Counted from the stretch's first letter, positions 27,773 through 37,699 are shown. The stretch: 64,000 nt of DNA from Candidatus Yonathbacteria bacterium (GCA_013334825.1 JAAXWR010000001.1:267769-331768), one strand, 5' to 3'. Translations and numbers: made by a program. The notes: a model not told the origin generated them from the letters alone.

Positions 27773-28134
27773 CTGTCGCTACCACGACTAATGCCGTATC
27801 ACAAAAAATACAGTATTAGTCATCCGAAGCCTCGGTACGTCCGACCTTAGCTGTCGATTGGGTTCACTAGGATGGAACCTTCACGCACCACCATGTCCGA
27901 AACATGGTCAACAGAAAGTCATGGAGACTTTTCGTCATGTACCTTCTTTCGCGGGCGTGCAACGTTTGTACTACAAAATCTATCCACGCGTTGAAGAGGT
28001 GCTATCACGAACAGGGATTCCGGAAGAACTACTTTTTATAATATATAAAATTTCTTTTCTTTTTACAATCTTGACACTCTTTATCCAACATGTGTTTTTA
28101 TCGAACATTCTTAGGCTCTGGAAACTCCATACGA

Positions 28135-28158
28135 AAAAAGCGACGCGTTGTCGCTTTT
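28135..28158. terminator. bidirectional intrinsic terminator (aagcgac gcgtt gtcgctt flanked by A- and T-tracts)
   Basis: aaaaaagcgacgcgttgtcgctttttttg. Confidence 0.65.
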
Positions 28159-28235
28159 TTTGTATTGTTAAAATTCTCGGTATCTTCCGGCGTCTAATTC
28201 GCATCACTTCCGTGTTCTATCTCCGAAGTTCCGCA

Positions 28236-28772
28236 TTAGATTCTAATCACACCAAACGTCGCGACGATACCGTCACCGTTTGTGCCCGGCAACATGATGT
28301 CTTTTGTATGATCAAATACCTTATCACCGTCATCTTCATAGATAACAATAGCGTATGTTTGTCCGCCGAATGTATTGCGGAGAAGCTCTACCCATACACC
28401 ATCATACACACCCGCATCGAGACGTGATGCGCCGAGAATGTTCCACAATCCTCCGTTGTGTAACTCGCGTACCGCGACCCAAATAGTGCGGTCAGTTGAG
28501 ACGGCGTTCAAGAAGACATGCATACCTTCTGGCTGTTCACCGACAGTTGCCGAAATGCCTTCGGGCATTGTCGGTGTTTCTGTTTCTTTCATTTCGTCTG
28601 TGAGGACTTCTTCCGTTTTGGGGCGATTCCCATGCCGTCCAGACTCTATATCGCGATTGACCCAGAGATAATATCCTCCCCAACCAATAAGAATACCGAT
28701 AATAAGAAGTACCCACATACGTGCGGGAGCGGACATATGCGAAAACTGTCCTTTTTGTTGTGTATCTGTCAT
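28236..28772 (-). CDS. membrane-anchored hypothetical protein
   Basis: start set at MTDTQQK; one N-terminal TM helix; terminator 80 bp downstream. Confidence 0.5.
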   Translation of the reverse strand: MTDTQQKGQFSHMSAPARMWVLLIIGILIGWGGYYLWVNRDIESGRHGNRPKTEEVLTDEMKETETPTMPEGISATVGEQPEGMHVFLNAVSTDRTIWVAVRELHNGGLWNILGASRLDAGVYDGVWVELLRNTFGGQTYAIVIYEDDGDKVFDHTKDIMLPGTNGDGIVATFGVIRI

Positions 28773-28883
28773 TTCTCTATAGTACCGCGGTTTATTTCTC
28801 TTGGTCAATTGACAGATTGACATATATATCTTATTGGTATATGGTATCGGGGATGTTGTTTTATAAAAAAGAAAATTCATATT

Positions 28884-29222
28884 ATGTTATTTATAAAAAT
28901 TTCAGGATTACGTCCTAGTTTGGGCGATAGCATACTTCTCAAAAAGAAAATGACCGATATTTTTTCTATTGAACAGAAAAAAGTAAATATTATTTACTCC
29001 GCGGGTGCCCCGAGGAGAGGAAAAGCATTTAATGACGGATGTATTCTCGTTGAGATTTTTTTACAGAAGAAAAAAGAAAGAACAAAAAATGTGTTAGATA
29101 ATTTATGTTCTGAGGTAAGACATTTTTTTTCAGACATGTATTCAATCTCAGGTGTTGAATTTATTGTTATTGCGATTCCGCAAGATGATAATGAAATAGG
29201 TTATTCTGCAATAGAGTATTAA
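28884..29222 (+). CDS. hypothetical protein (112 aa)
   Basis: ORF followed immediately by a strong terminator. Confidence 0.45.
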   Translation: MLFIKISGLRPSLGDSILLKKKMTDIFSIEQKKVNIIYSAGAPRRGKAFNDGCILVEIFLQKKKERTKNVLDNLCSEVRHFFSDMYSISGVEFIVIAIPQDDNEIGYSAIEY

Positions 29223-29250
29223 AGTCCGCACAAGCGGACTTTTTTTGTAT
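29223..29250 (+). terminator. intrinsic terminator (aagtccgc acaa gcggactt plus T7)
   Basis: read from the sequence. Confidence 0.75.
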
Positions 29251-29556
29251 AGTTATTTTTGCAACTCTCAGTCTCTTCCTTGTCTCACGCTTCGTGTCAT
29301 TTTGTTTGTTCCCTAGCACTATGCACTTTGCACTGTGCACCACGTAGGATGCAAGACAAGCGTATAAGTTCGTATTTCGTAACCCCTCATCCCCGTCCCG
29401 TTTCGTATGTTCGTACTCGTTCGTACTTCGTAACCCTTCATTCCCGTTCCGTTTCGTATGTTCGTATAAGTTCGTACTTCGTAACCTTTAATTCTTGATT
29501 CGAGCGTCCGTCCCTCTAACCTCTTTCCTACATTCCTCTACCCCTATAACCTATTT
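29250..29556. repeat. copy (b) of the dispersed intergenic repeat family (reverse orientation), with an internal ~60-bp tandem duplication
   Basis: ccctagcactatgcactttgcactgtgcaccacgtaggatgc...gttcgtacttcgtaaccc units...tcttgattcgagcgtccgtccctctaacc. Confidence 0.65.
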
Positions 29557-29557
29557 C

Positions 29558-30706
29558 CTAAACCACAACTCCCCCTCCCAAGCACACGTCCTTGTTATAG
29601 AGTACCAGCGATTGTCCGGGAACAGAGAGTATAGGTTTTTTAACATGTATATGCGCAGTGTGGTGCTCCGTGTCAATCGCGGTGACAATGCATGTTATTG
29701 GCTTCTGTCGATAGCGTATCTGCGCGCTATAGTGTGTGCCAACGCGAGGAACATCTCCCACCCATGAGGTTTTTTCAATGGTGATATCTGCAACCTCCCA
29801 GACACCCTTTTCTGGTTCATGAGCAACCGTAATGGTGTTTGTACTGATATCCTTACCGACGACATAATATGGACTGTCATCAGGTGTTTTTGCAGTAATA
29901 TGAAAGCCGTGTCGCTGTCCTATTGTAAAAAGGTGCGCGCCGTCATGTTGCCCAATGACATGACCACTGTTATCGAGCACATCACCCCGTTTTGATTCGA
30001 TATAATGGCTGAGAAACTCTTTCATATCTACATGTCCGACAAAACAGAGTCCTTGGCTATCTTTACGCCCCGCCGTGGGTAGTCCATATGTTTTTGCGAT
30101 AGCGCGTACTTCTGGTTTTGTGTACCCACCAATAGGAAAGAGTGTGCGTAAAAGAGCATCTCGTCCAAGTGTCCAAAGAAAGTATGATTGATCTTTGTTA
30201 GCGTCTCTTCCACGAAGAAGTCGGGGTGCGGGCATTTCGCCCGCGGGGCGAAATGCCCGCATAAAAAATGATTGTCGTGCGAAAGCAATACGCGCATAAT
30301 GTCCTGTTGCAATGAAGTCTGCCCCTTCAGCAATCGCCCATGAAAGAAAACCATCAAATTTTATGTATTTGTTGCACAGTGCATCAGGATTGGGTGTTTT
30401 TCCCTTTGCATATACATCAATCATATCATCCACAATTTCACGTTTGTATGTTTCAGAGAGATCAAGTACACGAAATGGAATGCGCAAATATTCCGCGACT
30501 TCACGCGCGGATTTCTCATCATCGTGTTGTGTACAGACCATCCATGGCGGTGACCATACACGAATGAACACGCCCGTTACATCATATCCAGCATCTTTGA
30601 GAAGCGCAGCAGAAACAGAAGAATCTACACCACCAGAAAGACCAACAAACACCGATAATGATTTGTTTATTTTTTCTCCTTTTTTCTTTTGTAATGTACG
30701 TTCCAT
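29558..30706 (-). CDS. mnmA: tRNA-specific 2-thiouridylase MnmA
   Basis: PP-loop SGGVDSS, conserved NKDQSYFL and C-terminal domains. Confidence 0.9.
   Translation of the reverse strand: MERTLQKKKGEKINKSLSVFVGLSGGVDSSVSAALLKDAGYDVTGVFIRVWSPPWMVCTQHDDEKSAREVAEYLRIPFRVLDLSETYKREIVDDMIDVYAKGKTPNPDALCNKYIKFDGFLSWAIAEGADFIATGHYARIAFARQSFFMRAFRPAGEMPAPRLLRGRDANKDQSYFLWTLGRDALLRTLFPIGGYTKPEVRAIAKTYGLPTAGRKDSQGLCFVGHVDMKEFLSHYIESKRGDVLDNSGHVIGQHDGAHLFTIGQRHGFHITAKTPDDSPYYVVGKDISTNTITVAHEPEKGVWEVADITIEKTSWVGDVPRVGTHYSAQIRYRQKPITCIVTAIDTEHHTAHIHVKKPILSVPGQSLVLYNKDVCLGGGVVV
30226..30263. repeat. about 34-nt palindromic element (gcgggcatttcgccc gcg gggcgaaatgcccgc) inserted in frame inside mnmA
   Basis: perfect 15-bp arms; encodes an extra ~13 aa (MRAFRPAGEMPAP) between the GHYAR and LLRG motifs relative to E. 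coli MnmA. Confidence 0.6.
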
Positions 30707-30718
30707 AAAAAAGAGAAG

Positions 30719-30796
30719 TTCGTAGTTCTTAGTTGGTAGTTCGTAGAACAGTCATTATATTTTCACTACGAACTAAGAACTACAAACTACGAACTC
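30719..30796. repeat. long imperfect hairpin (gttcgtagttcttagttggtagttcgtag / ctacgaactaagaactacaaactacgaac) between mnmA and mltG
   Basis: read from the sequence. Confidence 0.5.
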
Positions 30797-31907
30797 AGTC
30801 CAGATACATCGCTTTGTATCCCATATGTTCTTGATATGTTGCTGAATAGTGCATTTGAGAATGATAGTCAGACAGATAAAAAAGATAGTTACTCGGAATA
30901 GGGTTGAGTGTTGCTTCAATTGATTCAAGTCCTGGATTGGCAATCGGCCCTATAGGGAGACCTTTGCGTGTATAGGTATTGTAGTCAGAATCATTCATGA
31001 GATCCTTGCGTGTTAATTCAAAGGTACTTTTCCCTATTTCATATTGAAATGGTGCATCAACTTGGAGTGGCATGTCGATGTCGATACGCTTCCAGAGGAT
31101 TCCCGCAACCATGCGTTTATCTTTGTATGTAATTGCTTCTTTTTCGACGATAGAGGCCATGATAATCACATCCGACAGTGTTCTGTCGGATGAGGTAATG
31201 TCTTCTGCAAGAGCGGAGATGACCTTTCGGTCAAAGGTACGTTGCATTTCACGAATAATCTCCTCAGGAAGAACATTGGGAAGAAATTGATATGTATCAG
31301 GGAACATGTACCCCTCTTCTGTTTCAGCAAGAGTGAGGAATGCTTCACGTGGAAATGATGGGAGTTTTTTTTCCAGAATATCTGCTATTTGATATGAGGT
31401 AATGCCTTCAGGAAAAGTAACGCGTATGGGGTCAAGCCCGAAGTCTCCTGCTGCGACACGTTGTGCTACCGTCCAGATAGACTCCGGTGTTTCAAAGAAG
31501 TAATCGCCATACATCGGTGCGTGTGATGGAGAAAAATATGTGATGATGATGCGAAACGTGAGTGGAGAACGGATGATACCTCGTCCACGGAATGTGTATG
31601 CCACTTCATCAAGCGATGCTCCTTTTTCGATATGAACCAATGTTCCCACAGGAAATCCGGCAGGAGGAAGAAATATAAAATGAAACACCAGCATGAACAC
31701 GATGACAAGTGCAGAGCCACCAATAAGAACCCGTTTAGGGCGTTTGAACTTGGGTATACGAAAATGGTATGCGACGAAACGTTCCCAACTACGTTTAAGA
31801 CGAGCATCGAGTGCGGAATATGCTTGTTTTTGTTGTTCTCCAGAAGTTCCTGTAGGAGATTGTTCGGATATGAGAGGTTCAGTTTCCATATGAAAAATAC
31901 AGAGCAA
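30795..31907 (-). CDS. mltG: endolytic murein transglycosylase MltG (YceG-like)
   Basis: N-terminal TM; YceG-like domain with conserved ...GLPIGPIANPGLESIEA... C-terminal motif. Confidence 0.8.
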   Translation of the reverse strand: MLCIFHMETEPLISEQSPTGTSGEQQKQAYSALDARLKRSWERFVAYHFRIPKFKRPKRVLIGGSALVIVFMLVFHFIFLPPAGFPVGTLVHIEKGASLDEVAYTFRGRGIIRSPLTFRIIITYFSPSHAPMYGDYFFETPESIWTVAQRVAAGDFGLDPIRVTFPEGITSYQIADILEKKLPSFPREAFLTLAETEEGYMFPDTYQFLPNVLPEEIIREMQRTFDRKVISALAEDITSSDRTLSDVIIMASIVEKEAITYKDKRMVAGILWKRIDIDMPLQVDAPFQYEIGKSTFELTRKDLMNDSDYNTYTRKGLPIGPIANPGLESIEATLNPIPSNYLFYLSDYHSQMHYSATYQEHMGYKAMYLD

Positions 31908-31924
31908 TTATACTACAAAAACAA

Positions 31925-33151
31925 TCAAAAAGGAAGGTTGACCGGAGGCTCTCCTTTACGTGATTCAATGCGTTCGAACGTAGGTGTTCTGATGACTTGC
32001 CCTGGAAAATGAAAGACGGTCGCAAGCTCTTCGGTATTCATAACCATAGGAATTGATTTAAATGGAGGGTTAAAAAAGCCACGAGCAACATAAGCATTAA
32101 AAATACCTGCTTTCTTTTCCGCAAGACGTTTTCCAGTAAAATCTTGCCAAGGAAAATTGAAACTCGTGACGTTTGTTGGTTTGAAACCATTGAGATCAGC
32201 GGAACCAAATTGTTTGAATGCATTAGTCATTGTTGAAATGACCATCTTGTCGAACGAGTCTTTTTTTGCAATATACAATACTCTAATCCCTGTATCAAAA
32301 CCAGGTTTTGTAATGGCACGTTCAATGGCAGCGATTGACTCCATTTCACCTTTTGTTGGTGCTGTAAATGCACCTTCTTTTTTTGCTTCGTATGATTTTG
32401 CTTTCATTTCTTTTACAAGTGCGGACCCCTCTTTGCGCCAGTCAGTTTCTTTACCAAAAATTCCTCCAGGTACTTCTTTTGTTTTTGCTCCGCGAATAAC
32501 AATCTGAATCCATGATTGCTCACCTTTTCCCAAAGAACCGAGAAATTCAATGATTGGCGCGATGGGGTCAATTTTAAATTCTTCTTTTGGATTTCCCTCA
32601 AGTCCGTACAAGGGATATGTTTTTATTGGATATGGGTCAGGTTTTGTAAATGCGAGTTCCATACCAAAAAGTTCCCAATCAGACCCGGGCTGTCCGTAGG
32701 GTACATGTGTGGCATAATCAGATGCTTCAAATATTTCAATATTTGGATATTGTGCGTAAATTTGTGTTTCAATAAGTTTACGAAAATCAGGTTCTGTACG
32801 AATAAAAAAACGTACATTTCCTTCAATCGAAACCATTTCAAGTGAAAATATCGGACGTGACATTCCTTTTATATATTTAACATACCAATTTCCTTCTCGA
32901 ATGGTTAGGTTGATGCCGTTTAAAATCATTTCTATCGCGACAGGTGATTTGAATGTTTCTTTGGGAAGTTTTATTTCAAGGAGGATATATTGACGAGAGA
33001 GATTGAATTGCATCCGTACATAGTAAATCCATGAACGAACAAGTATGACACCGAGTACGGGAGGTAGCCATAAAAGCGCGGTCTCGTTCATTGCTGAGAG
33101 CGCGTGGACAAGTCCGTCGAGAAGAAAACGTACGAGCGGGTTTGGTGTCAT
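31925..33151 (-). CDS. conserved hypothetical protein (N-terminal TM anchors, 408 aa)
   Basis: ORF with conserved-looking blocks (ILLEIKLPKE; NTEELATVFHFPG); no P-loop; family not recognised. Confidence 0.5.
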   Translation of the reverse strand: MTPNPLVRFLLDGLVHALSAMNETALLWLPPVLGVILVRSWIYYVRMQFNLSRQYILLEIKLPKETFKSPVAIEMILNGINLTIREGNWYVKYIKGMSRPIFSLEMVSIEGNVRFFIRTEPDFRKLIETQIYAQYPNIEIFEASDYATHVPYGQPGSDWELFGMELAFTKPDPYPIKTYPLYGLEGNPKEEFKIDPIAPIIEFLGSLGKGEQSWIQIVIRGAKTKEVPGGIFGKETDWRKEGSALVKEMKAKSYEAKKEGAFTAPTKGEMESIAAIERAITKPGFDTGIRVLYIAKKDSFDKMVISTMTNAFKQFGSADLNGFKPTNVTSFNFPWQDFTGKRLAEKKAGIFNAYVARGFFNPPFKSIPMVMNTEELATVFHFPGQVIRTPTFERIESRKGEPPVNLPF

Positions 33152-33238
33152 TGTATTGATACTAGTATAACATCAAACGCCGCATCGATGCAGTGGATAG
33201 TCCCCTGTTTCGATACGGCGTTTGAATAACTGTATGTA

Positions 33239-34270
33239 TTAACGTGCAACGGAGTAACGGCCTTTGGCATCACGCGTAAATTTTTTCGGATTTTGAAGAT
33301 TGACGATAATAGTGTTCGGCTTCACATAGCGTTCTTTCATGACAAAGTCAATGATTTCATCACGTGTGAGTGGGCCATGTTTTTTCAAGATTTCTTTAAT
33401 GACATCTTGAACGACACCGGGAACGTATCCCCAATCTTTGAGTGCGTAGAGTCCGCGTCCGACGAGAACGAAACGATCATCTTTGATGAGTTCGTTGTGG
33501 CAAGTTGCAGTATGTGCTTTTTTACCAAACGTTTCTTCAATAGCGCGTGCAACTTCAGAAAAGTGCATCGGATTGCCTTCGCGACGAATGATAAGAAATG
33601 CGTAGTCTTTAATACTTGACGCAGAGACTGACGGAGAGTCCGCATATCCCCATTCACCCAAGGGATTGCGTCCAATTTCTTTGGACAAGGAAAGCCAACG
33701 GCGTGCGACATCTTCGGTGCGATAATCTTCAGCGATATCTTCGAGCATATCGAGGAATGTGCTGACGAGTTCGTTTTCTGGAATGAGTGCATCGCGTGTG
33801 ATACCAGATGTCAATTTCTTGAGCGCGCTTTGGACACGAGAAGCGATTTCTGCGTCGGTAATCCAGCGTTGTTTAAAAGCACCGTCTTCTTTTTCCTTGG
33901 TAAAGGGATCGGCAAGGACGAGGAAGAAGAGAATGTGGTTTTTGGTCGTATCATCTTTGGCGAGTGCGGAAAGAAGTTCATCTTCAGAGACGACAGCACC
34001 GAGCGCGTTGATAGCATTACGAAGCTCTTCAAAAGTTTCCGCTTGCTTTTCATAGGTATCCGCTTTGCGAATAGCGGCAAGCGCTGCGTTTTCGATTTGG
34101 CGAACACGTTCACGCGTGATGCCATACTCTTTGCCGATAGCATCGAGCGTAAAGCGGTCGTTGTCGTCAAGTCCGAAGCGCTTGGTGAGCACATCGCGAC
34201 CACGATCAGGCAGGGCGGAAAGAAGCCGCTTGGAAACCTGCTTGGGATTGAAGGTAAGTTTATTTGCCAT
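33239..34270 (-). CDS. sigma-70 region-4-like HTH domain protein (HTH at N-terminus, unknown C-terminal domain)
   Basis: LTKRFGLDDNDRFTLDAIGKEYGITRERVRQIENAALAAIRK resembles sigma70 region 4; start at MANKLTF. Confidence 0.5.
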   Translation of the reverse strand: MANKLTFNPKQVSKRLLSALPDRGRDVLTKRFGLDDNDRFTLDAIGKEYGITRERVRQIENAALAAIRKADTYEKQAETFEELRNAINALGAVVSEDELLSALAKDDTTKNHILFFLVLADPFTKEKEDGAFKQRWITDAEIASRVQSALKKLTSGITRDALIPENELVSTFLDMLEDIAEDYRTEDVARRWLSLSKEIGRNPLGEWGYADSPSVSASSIKDYAFLIIRREGNPMHFSEVARAIEETFGKKAHTATCHNELIKDDRFVLVGRGLYALKDWGYVPGVVQDVIKEILKKHGPLTRDEIIDFVMKERYVKPNTIIVNLQNPKKFTRDAKGRYSVAR

Positions 34271-34389
34271 AGGTGATAATGATGATACAAACAATAATAA
34301 AACGATGTCTTCTTCCTATTACTATCCTGTAATAATAACCCTTTTTTATCACAGTGTCAAACATTCGTCAAGCGTTTTTCACCTATACG

Positions 34390-36957
34390 TCAAGCAACAA
34401 CAAAGTTGACTAATTTATCCTTGATATATATGGTTTTTTTGACAACCTTGTCAGAAATGTGCTTTTTGATTTCGGGTAATGCATGAGCACGTGCGGTCAC
34501 TTCTTCTTCAGATATCCCCACTTCCGCCACGAATGTTCCACGCATTTTACCATTTACTTGGACGGCAATAGTCATGGTTGAGGCGATACACTTTGTTTTG
34601 TCATATGATGGCCATGGTGCGCGGACGATACTCCCCTCTCCACCATGTCGTGCGAAGAGTTCTTCTGCCATATGAGGAGCAAATGGCGCTACAAGAGACA
34701 GACATATGCGATATATGGTAACGGGAATTGATGGTTCCTTCTCGAGTGCGTTCACAAGTATCATCAGAGCAGAAACGGCAGTATTAAACGCAAAGGTATC
34801 AATATCGTCTCCTACTTTTTGTATTGTTTTATGGAGAAGTATCTCTGTGTCATGTGAAAGCGTTGCCTCATCTTCAATCCGTTCGGAGAGTTTCCAAACA
34901 CGTTCCAGAAAACGGCGTGCTCCCATGATATTGTCCGTTGACCATCCGATGTTTTGATCAAAGGGACCCATAAACATTTCATAGACACGCAACGTATCTG
35001 CACCAAAACGTGCGATGATATCATCGGGATTTATAACATTACCAAAACGTTTGCTCATTTTGCGTCCGTCTTCTCCGCCAATGAGACCCACATGTTGCAA
35101 TCTCATGAATGGTTCTTCGCCCGAGACAGCACCAATATCATAGAGGAATTTGTGCCAGAAACGCGCGTAGATAAGATGACGTGTCGCGTGTTCTGCACCG
35201 CCGACATAGGTATCGACTGGCATCCAGTATGCTTCTTTCTCTTTGTCCACGAGTGCAATATCGTTGTACGGATCGATGTAGCGCAGATAATACCACGACG
35301 AACCTGCCCATTGAGGCATGGTGTTTGTCTCACGTTTCGCGCGTCCACCACACTTTGGGCATGTTGTATTGACCCAGCTTTCAATGCCAGCAAGGGGTGA
35401 TTCCCCCGTCCCCGTTGGCTCGTACTGCTTTACGTCAGGAAGTGTTACGGGCAACTCTTGTTCGGGTACGGCAACAACACCACACGCATCACAATGCACA
35501 ACCGGAATTGGTTCGCCCCAATAGCGCTGACGCGAAAAGACCCAGTCGCGAAGTTTGTACTTGACCGACTTTTTTCCCAAACCTTTTTCTTCAAGTGCGG
35601 CGACAATCTTTTCGCGTGCATCAGCAGAGGAAAGACCAGTGAATTCTCCCGAATTGACAAGTATACCTTCATTTTCATCACAAATATCATCTCCAACCTT
35701 AGTATAGAAGAAGATGTCATCTATTGAAGAAACTTTATATCGAAACCAATCAGGAAACAGGTGTGAGTTGCTTGAAATCTCTACACCATCTACCTTTTCG
35801 TGTGCTACTTTTATTTCATCAATTTTTGTTCCCACATCAATAACCGTTTTTATTTTCAAATCAAACGTGTTTTGATATTTTTTTGTAAATATAAAATCAC
35901 GTTCATCATGAGCTGGCACCGCCATGACTGCACCCGTGCCGTAATCACCGAGCACATAATCAGCAACAAAGATAGGAACTTCATCTCCATTTATAGGATT
36001 GATTGCAACAATACCCTCGAGTTTCTCCCCCGTCTTGTCTCGCCCCTCAGATGTCCTTTCAATTATGGTTTTCTGAGTACTATACTTCACATAATTTTTT
36101 ATTCGAGAAATATTTTCTATAGCATCTCCTAGGCGATTGATAAGTGGGTGTTCGGGAGCAATGACACAATAAGAAACACCAAAAAGCGTATCCGCTCGCG
36201 TCGTAAACACTTCGATATACTCGTCCGTGATTCTTGATTCTTGATTCGTGATTCTAAATGTAATGACGGCTCCTTCACTTCGCCCTATCCAGTTGCGTTG
36301 AGACTCTTTGATTTGTTCTGGCCAGTCAAGCGCGTCAACACCCGCAAGGAGTCGGTCGGCATAGTCAGTAATCTTGATAACCCACTGGCGCATGGGCTTT
36401 TTTTCAATCTCGCTTCCACATCGTTCACAGACAGTGCCATCCAAGTCTTCATTGGCAAGCCCTGTTTTACATGACGGACACCAGTTGATGGGTTCATACG
36501 ACTCATATGCAAGACCCTTCTCAAACATTTTGAGAAATGCCCATTGCGTCCATTTGTAATACGCGGGATCTGTCGTATTGATTTCGCGCTCCCAGTCATA
36601 CGAAAGTCCGATAAGGGAAAGTTGTTCTTTATAGCGCGCGACATTATCGTCTGTTGATTTTTTTGGATGTGTCTTTGTTTTCAGCGCATAGTTCTCGGCA
36701 GGTAATCCAAATGCGTCCCACCCCATGGGGTGCAGTACGCTGTATCCTTCCATTATCTTTTTGCGCGCGATAATGTCTGTCGCGATATATCCTTTTGGAT
36801 GCCCCACATGAAGTCCTTGTCCCGACGGATACGGAAACATGTCCAAAATATACGCCTTTTTTGGATTGGTGAGGTCTTCACTTGTGTGATAAGTATGCTC
36901 TTCCGCCCATTTCTTTTGCCATTTCTTTTCAAGTGATGTGTGGTCGTAGTGAGCCAT
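34390..36957 (-). CDS. leuS: leucyl-tRNA synthetase
   Basis: HVGH (HIGH) and KMSKR motifs, CP1 editing domain; start at MAHYDHTSLEKKWQ. Confidence 0.9.
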   Translation of the reverse strand: MAHYDHTSLEKKWQKKWAEEHTYHTSEDLTNPKKAYILDMFPYPSGQGLHVGHPKGYIATDIIARKKIMEGYSVLHPMGWDAFGLPAENYALKTKTHPKKSTDDNVARYKEQLSLIGLSYDWEREINTTDPAYYKWTQWAFLKMFEKGLAYESYEPINWCPSCKTGLANEDLDGTVCERCGSEIEKKPMRQWVIKITDYADRLLAGVDALDWPEQIKESQRNWIGRSEGAVITFRITNQESRITDEYIEVFTTRADTLFGVSYCVIAPEHPLINRLGDAIENISRIKNYVKYSTQKTIIERTSEGRDKTGEKLEGIVAINPINGDEVPIFVADYVLGDYGTGAVMAVPAHDERDFIFTKKYQNTFDLKIKTVIDVGTKIDEIKVAHEKVDGVEISSNSHLFPDWFRYKVSSIDDIFFYTKVGDDICDENEGILVNSGEFTGLSSADAREKIVAALEEKGLGKKSVKYKLRDWVFSRQRYWGEPIPVVHCDACGVVAVPEQELPVTLPDVKQYEPTGTGESPLAGIESWVNTTCPKCGGRAKRETNTMPQWAGSSWYYLRYIDPYNDIALVDKEKEAYWMPVDTYVGGAEHATRHLIYARFWHKFLYDIGAVSGEEPFMRLQHVGLIGGEDGRKMSKRFGNVINPDDIIARFGADTLRVYEMFMGPFDQNIGWSTDNIMGARRFLERVWKLSERIEDEATLSHDTEILLHKTIQKVGDDIDTFAFNTAVSALMILVNALEKEPSIPVTIYRICLSLVAPFAPHMAEELFARHGGEGSIVRAPWPSYDKTKCIASTMTIAVQVNGKMRGTFVAEVGISEEEVTARAHALPEIKKHISDKVVKKTIYIKDKLVNFVVA

Positions 36958-37084
36958 GGTGTGTAACGCGCGAACGCGCGGATAATCTGTACAATGTGTA
37001 TAAATGATTGTATCAGAATGAAGAGAAAATCTCAATGTAATGGTATAACAAAAATCCCCGAACAGAGTCGGGGAATTGTATCGA

Positions 37085-37546
37085 TTATTTTCTATTTCTA
37101 TAATCATATTGCATGTCTTCTATTTTCCCCAGCAAAGCGGGGAGATAGAGTTCAAAAAAGATCAAAGAAAACCATAATACAAAAAATCCACCGACAAGGA
37201 CCACATAATGATACGGTCCTTTGGGTATCATGGCTTCCGCTATACTGCCCCACTGAAAGACTATCCCGAGGGAAATCAAGAACGCATTTCCCAATAGGAG
37301 TGCAATTGCTATGACGGGATACATCGTCCCGTCCTCGATACATGATTTTTCCATGTATCGTACGAGACCTACAAAAATAGATAGTCCAACTGAAATCATC
37401 CAGTTGTTCCACGCAATGAAAGAAAAAATGATGAGGGTAATCATCGCAGCATAAAAGATGTTCTTTTTCATGAGTGTGTTTTTTAGAAGTTGAGCGAACA
37501 GTGAAAAACTGTTTTGAACAATATTCTGAAAATTCTTGTTTGTCAA
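37085..37546 (-). CDS. integral membrane protein, hypothetical
   Basis: 4 predicted TM helices; an alternative overlapping frame exists. Confidence 0.35.
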   Translation of the reverse strand: MTNKNFQNIVQNSFSLFAQLLKNTLMKKNIFYAAMITLIIFSFIAWNNWMISVGLSIFVGLVRYMEKSCIEDGTMYPVIAIALLLGNAFLISLGIVFQWGSIAEAMIPKGPYHYVVLVGGFFVLWFSLIFFELYLPALLGKIEDMQYDYRNRK

Positions 37547-37593
37547 GGGCTGTAATCCCTCTTTCTGTATAGTAAGAAATCAGCGCGGGCATA

Positions 37594-37646
37594 AAAAACC
37601 AACATTAAGTGTTGGTATAAATACCAACACTTAATGTCGGTTTTTT
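37594..37646. terminator. bidirectional terminator, 17-bp stem (aaccaacattaagtgttgg / ccaacacttaatgtcggtt) with A/T tracts; adjacent half-copy of the GCGGGCAT palindrome family at 37574-37594
   Basis: read from the sequence. Confidence 0.6.
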
Positions 37647-37699
37647 ACAGAATCATAATCTCATACAAAAGACCTCGCTTTCAGCGAGGCCGTTACTTA

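Noticed and set aside
27775-28130. RNase P RNA or tmRNA in the terminator-bounded gap
   Set aside because: I could not find the conserved AGGAAAGUCCGGGCUCC / ACAGAA..CCGGCUUA (RNase P) or GGGG...UUCGACGGG / CCACCA-end (tmRNA) motifs by eye. It is kept only as a generic ncRNA candidate.
27858-28427. 189-aa + strand ORF
   Set aside because: It overlaps the better-supported minus-strand membrane protein gene and spans a terminator. It is low-complexity and likely spurious.
36220-36260. Repeat-word insertion (gattcttgattcttgattcgtgattc) inside leuS
   Set aside because: The encoded segment (RITNQESRITDEYIEV) is only about 5 aa longer than the E. coli equivalent. It is likely native sequence with chance word similarity.
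37152-37592. Alternative 146-aa minus-strand ORF overlapping 37085..37546
   Set aside because: The other frame gives a coherent multi-TM protein. This one is Cys/His-rich with no hydrophobic helices, so it is the less likely frame.
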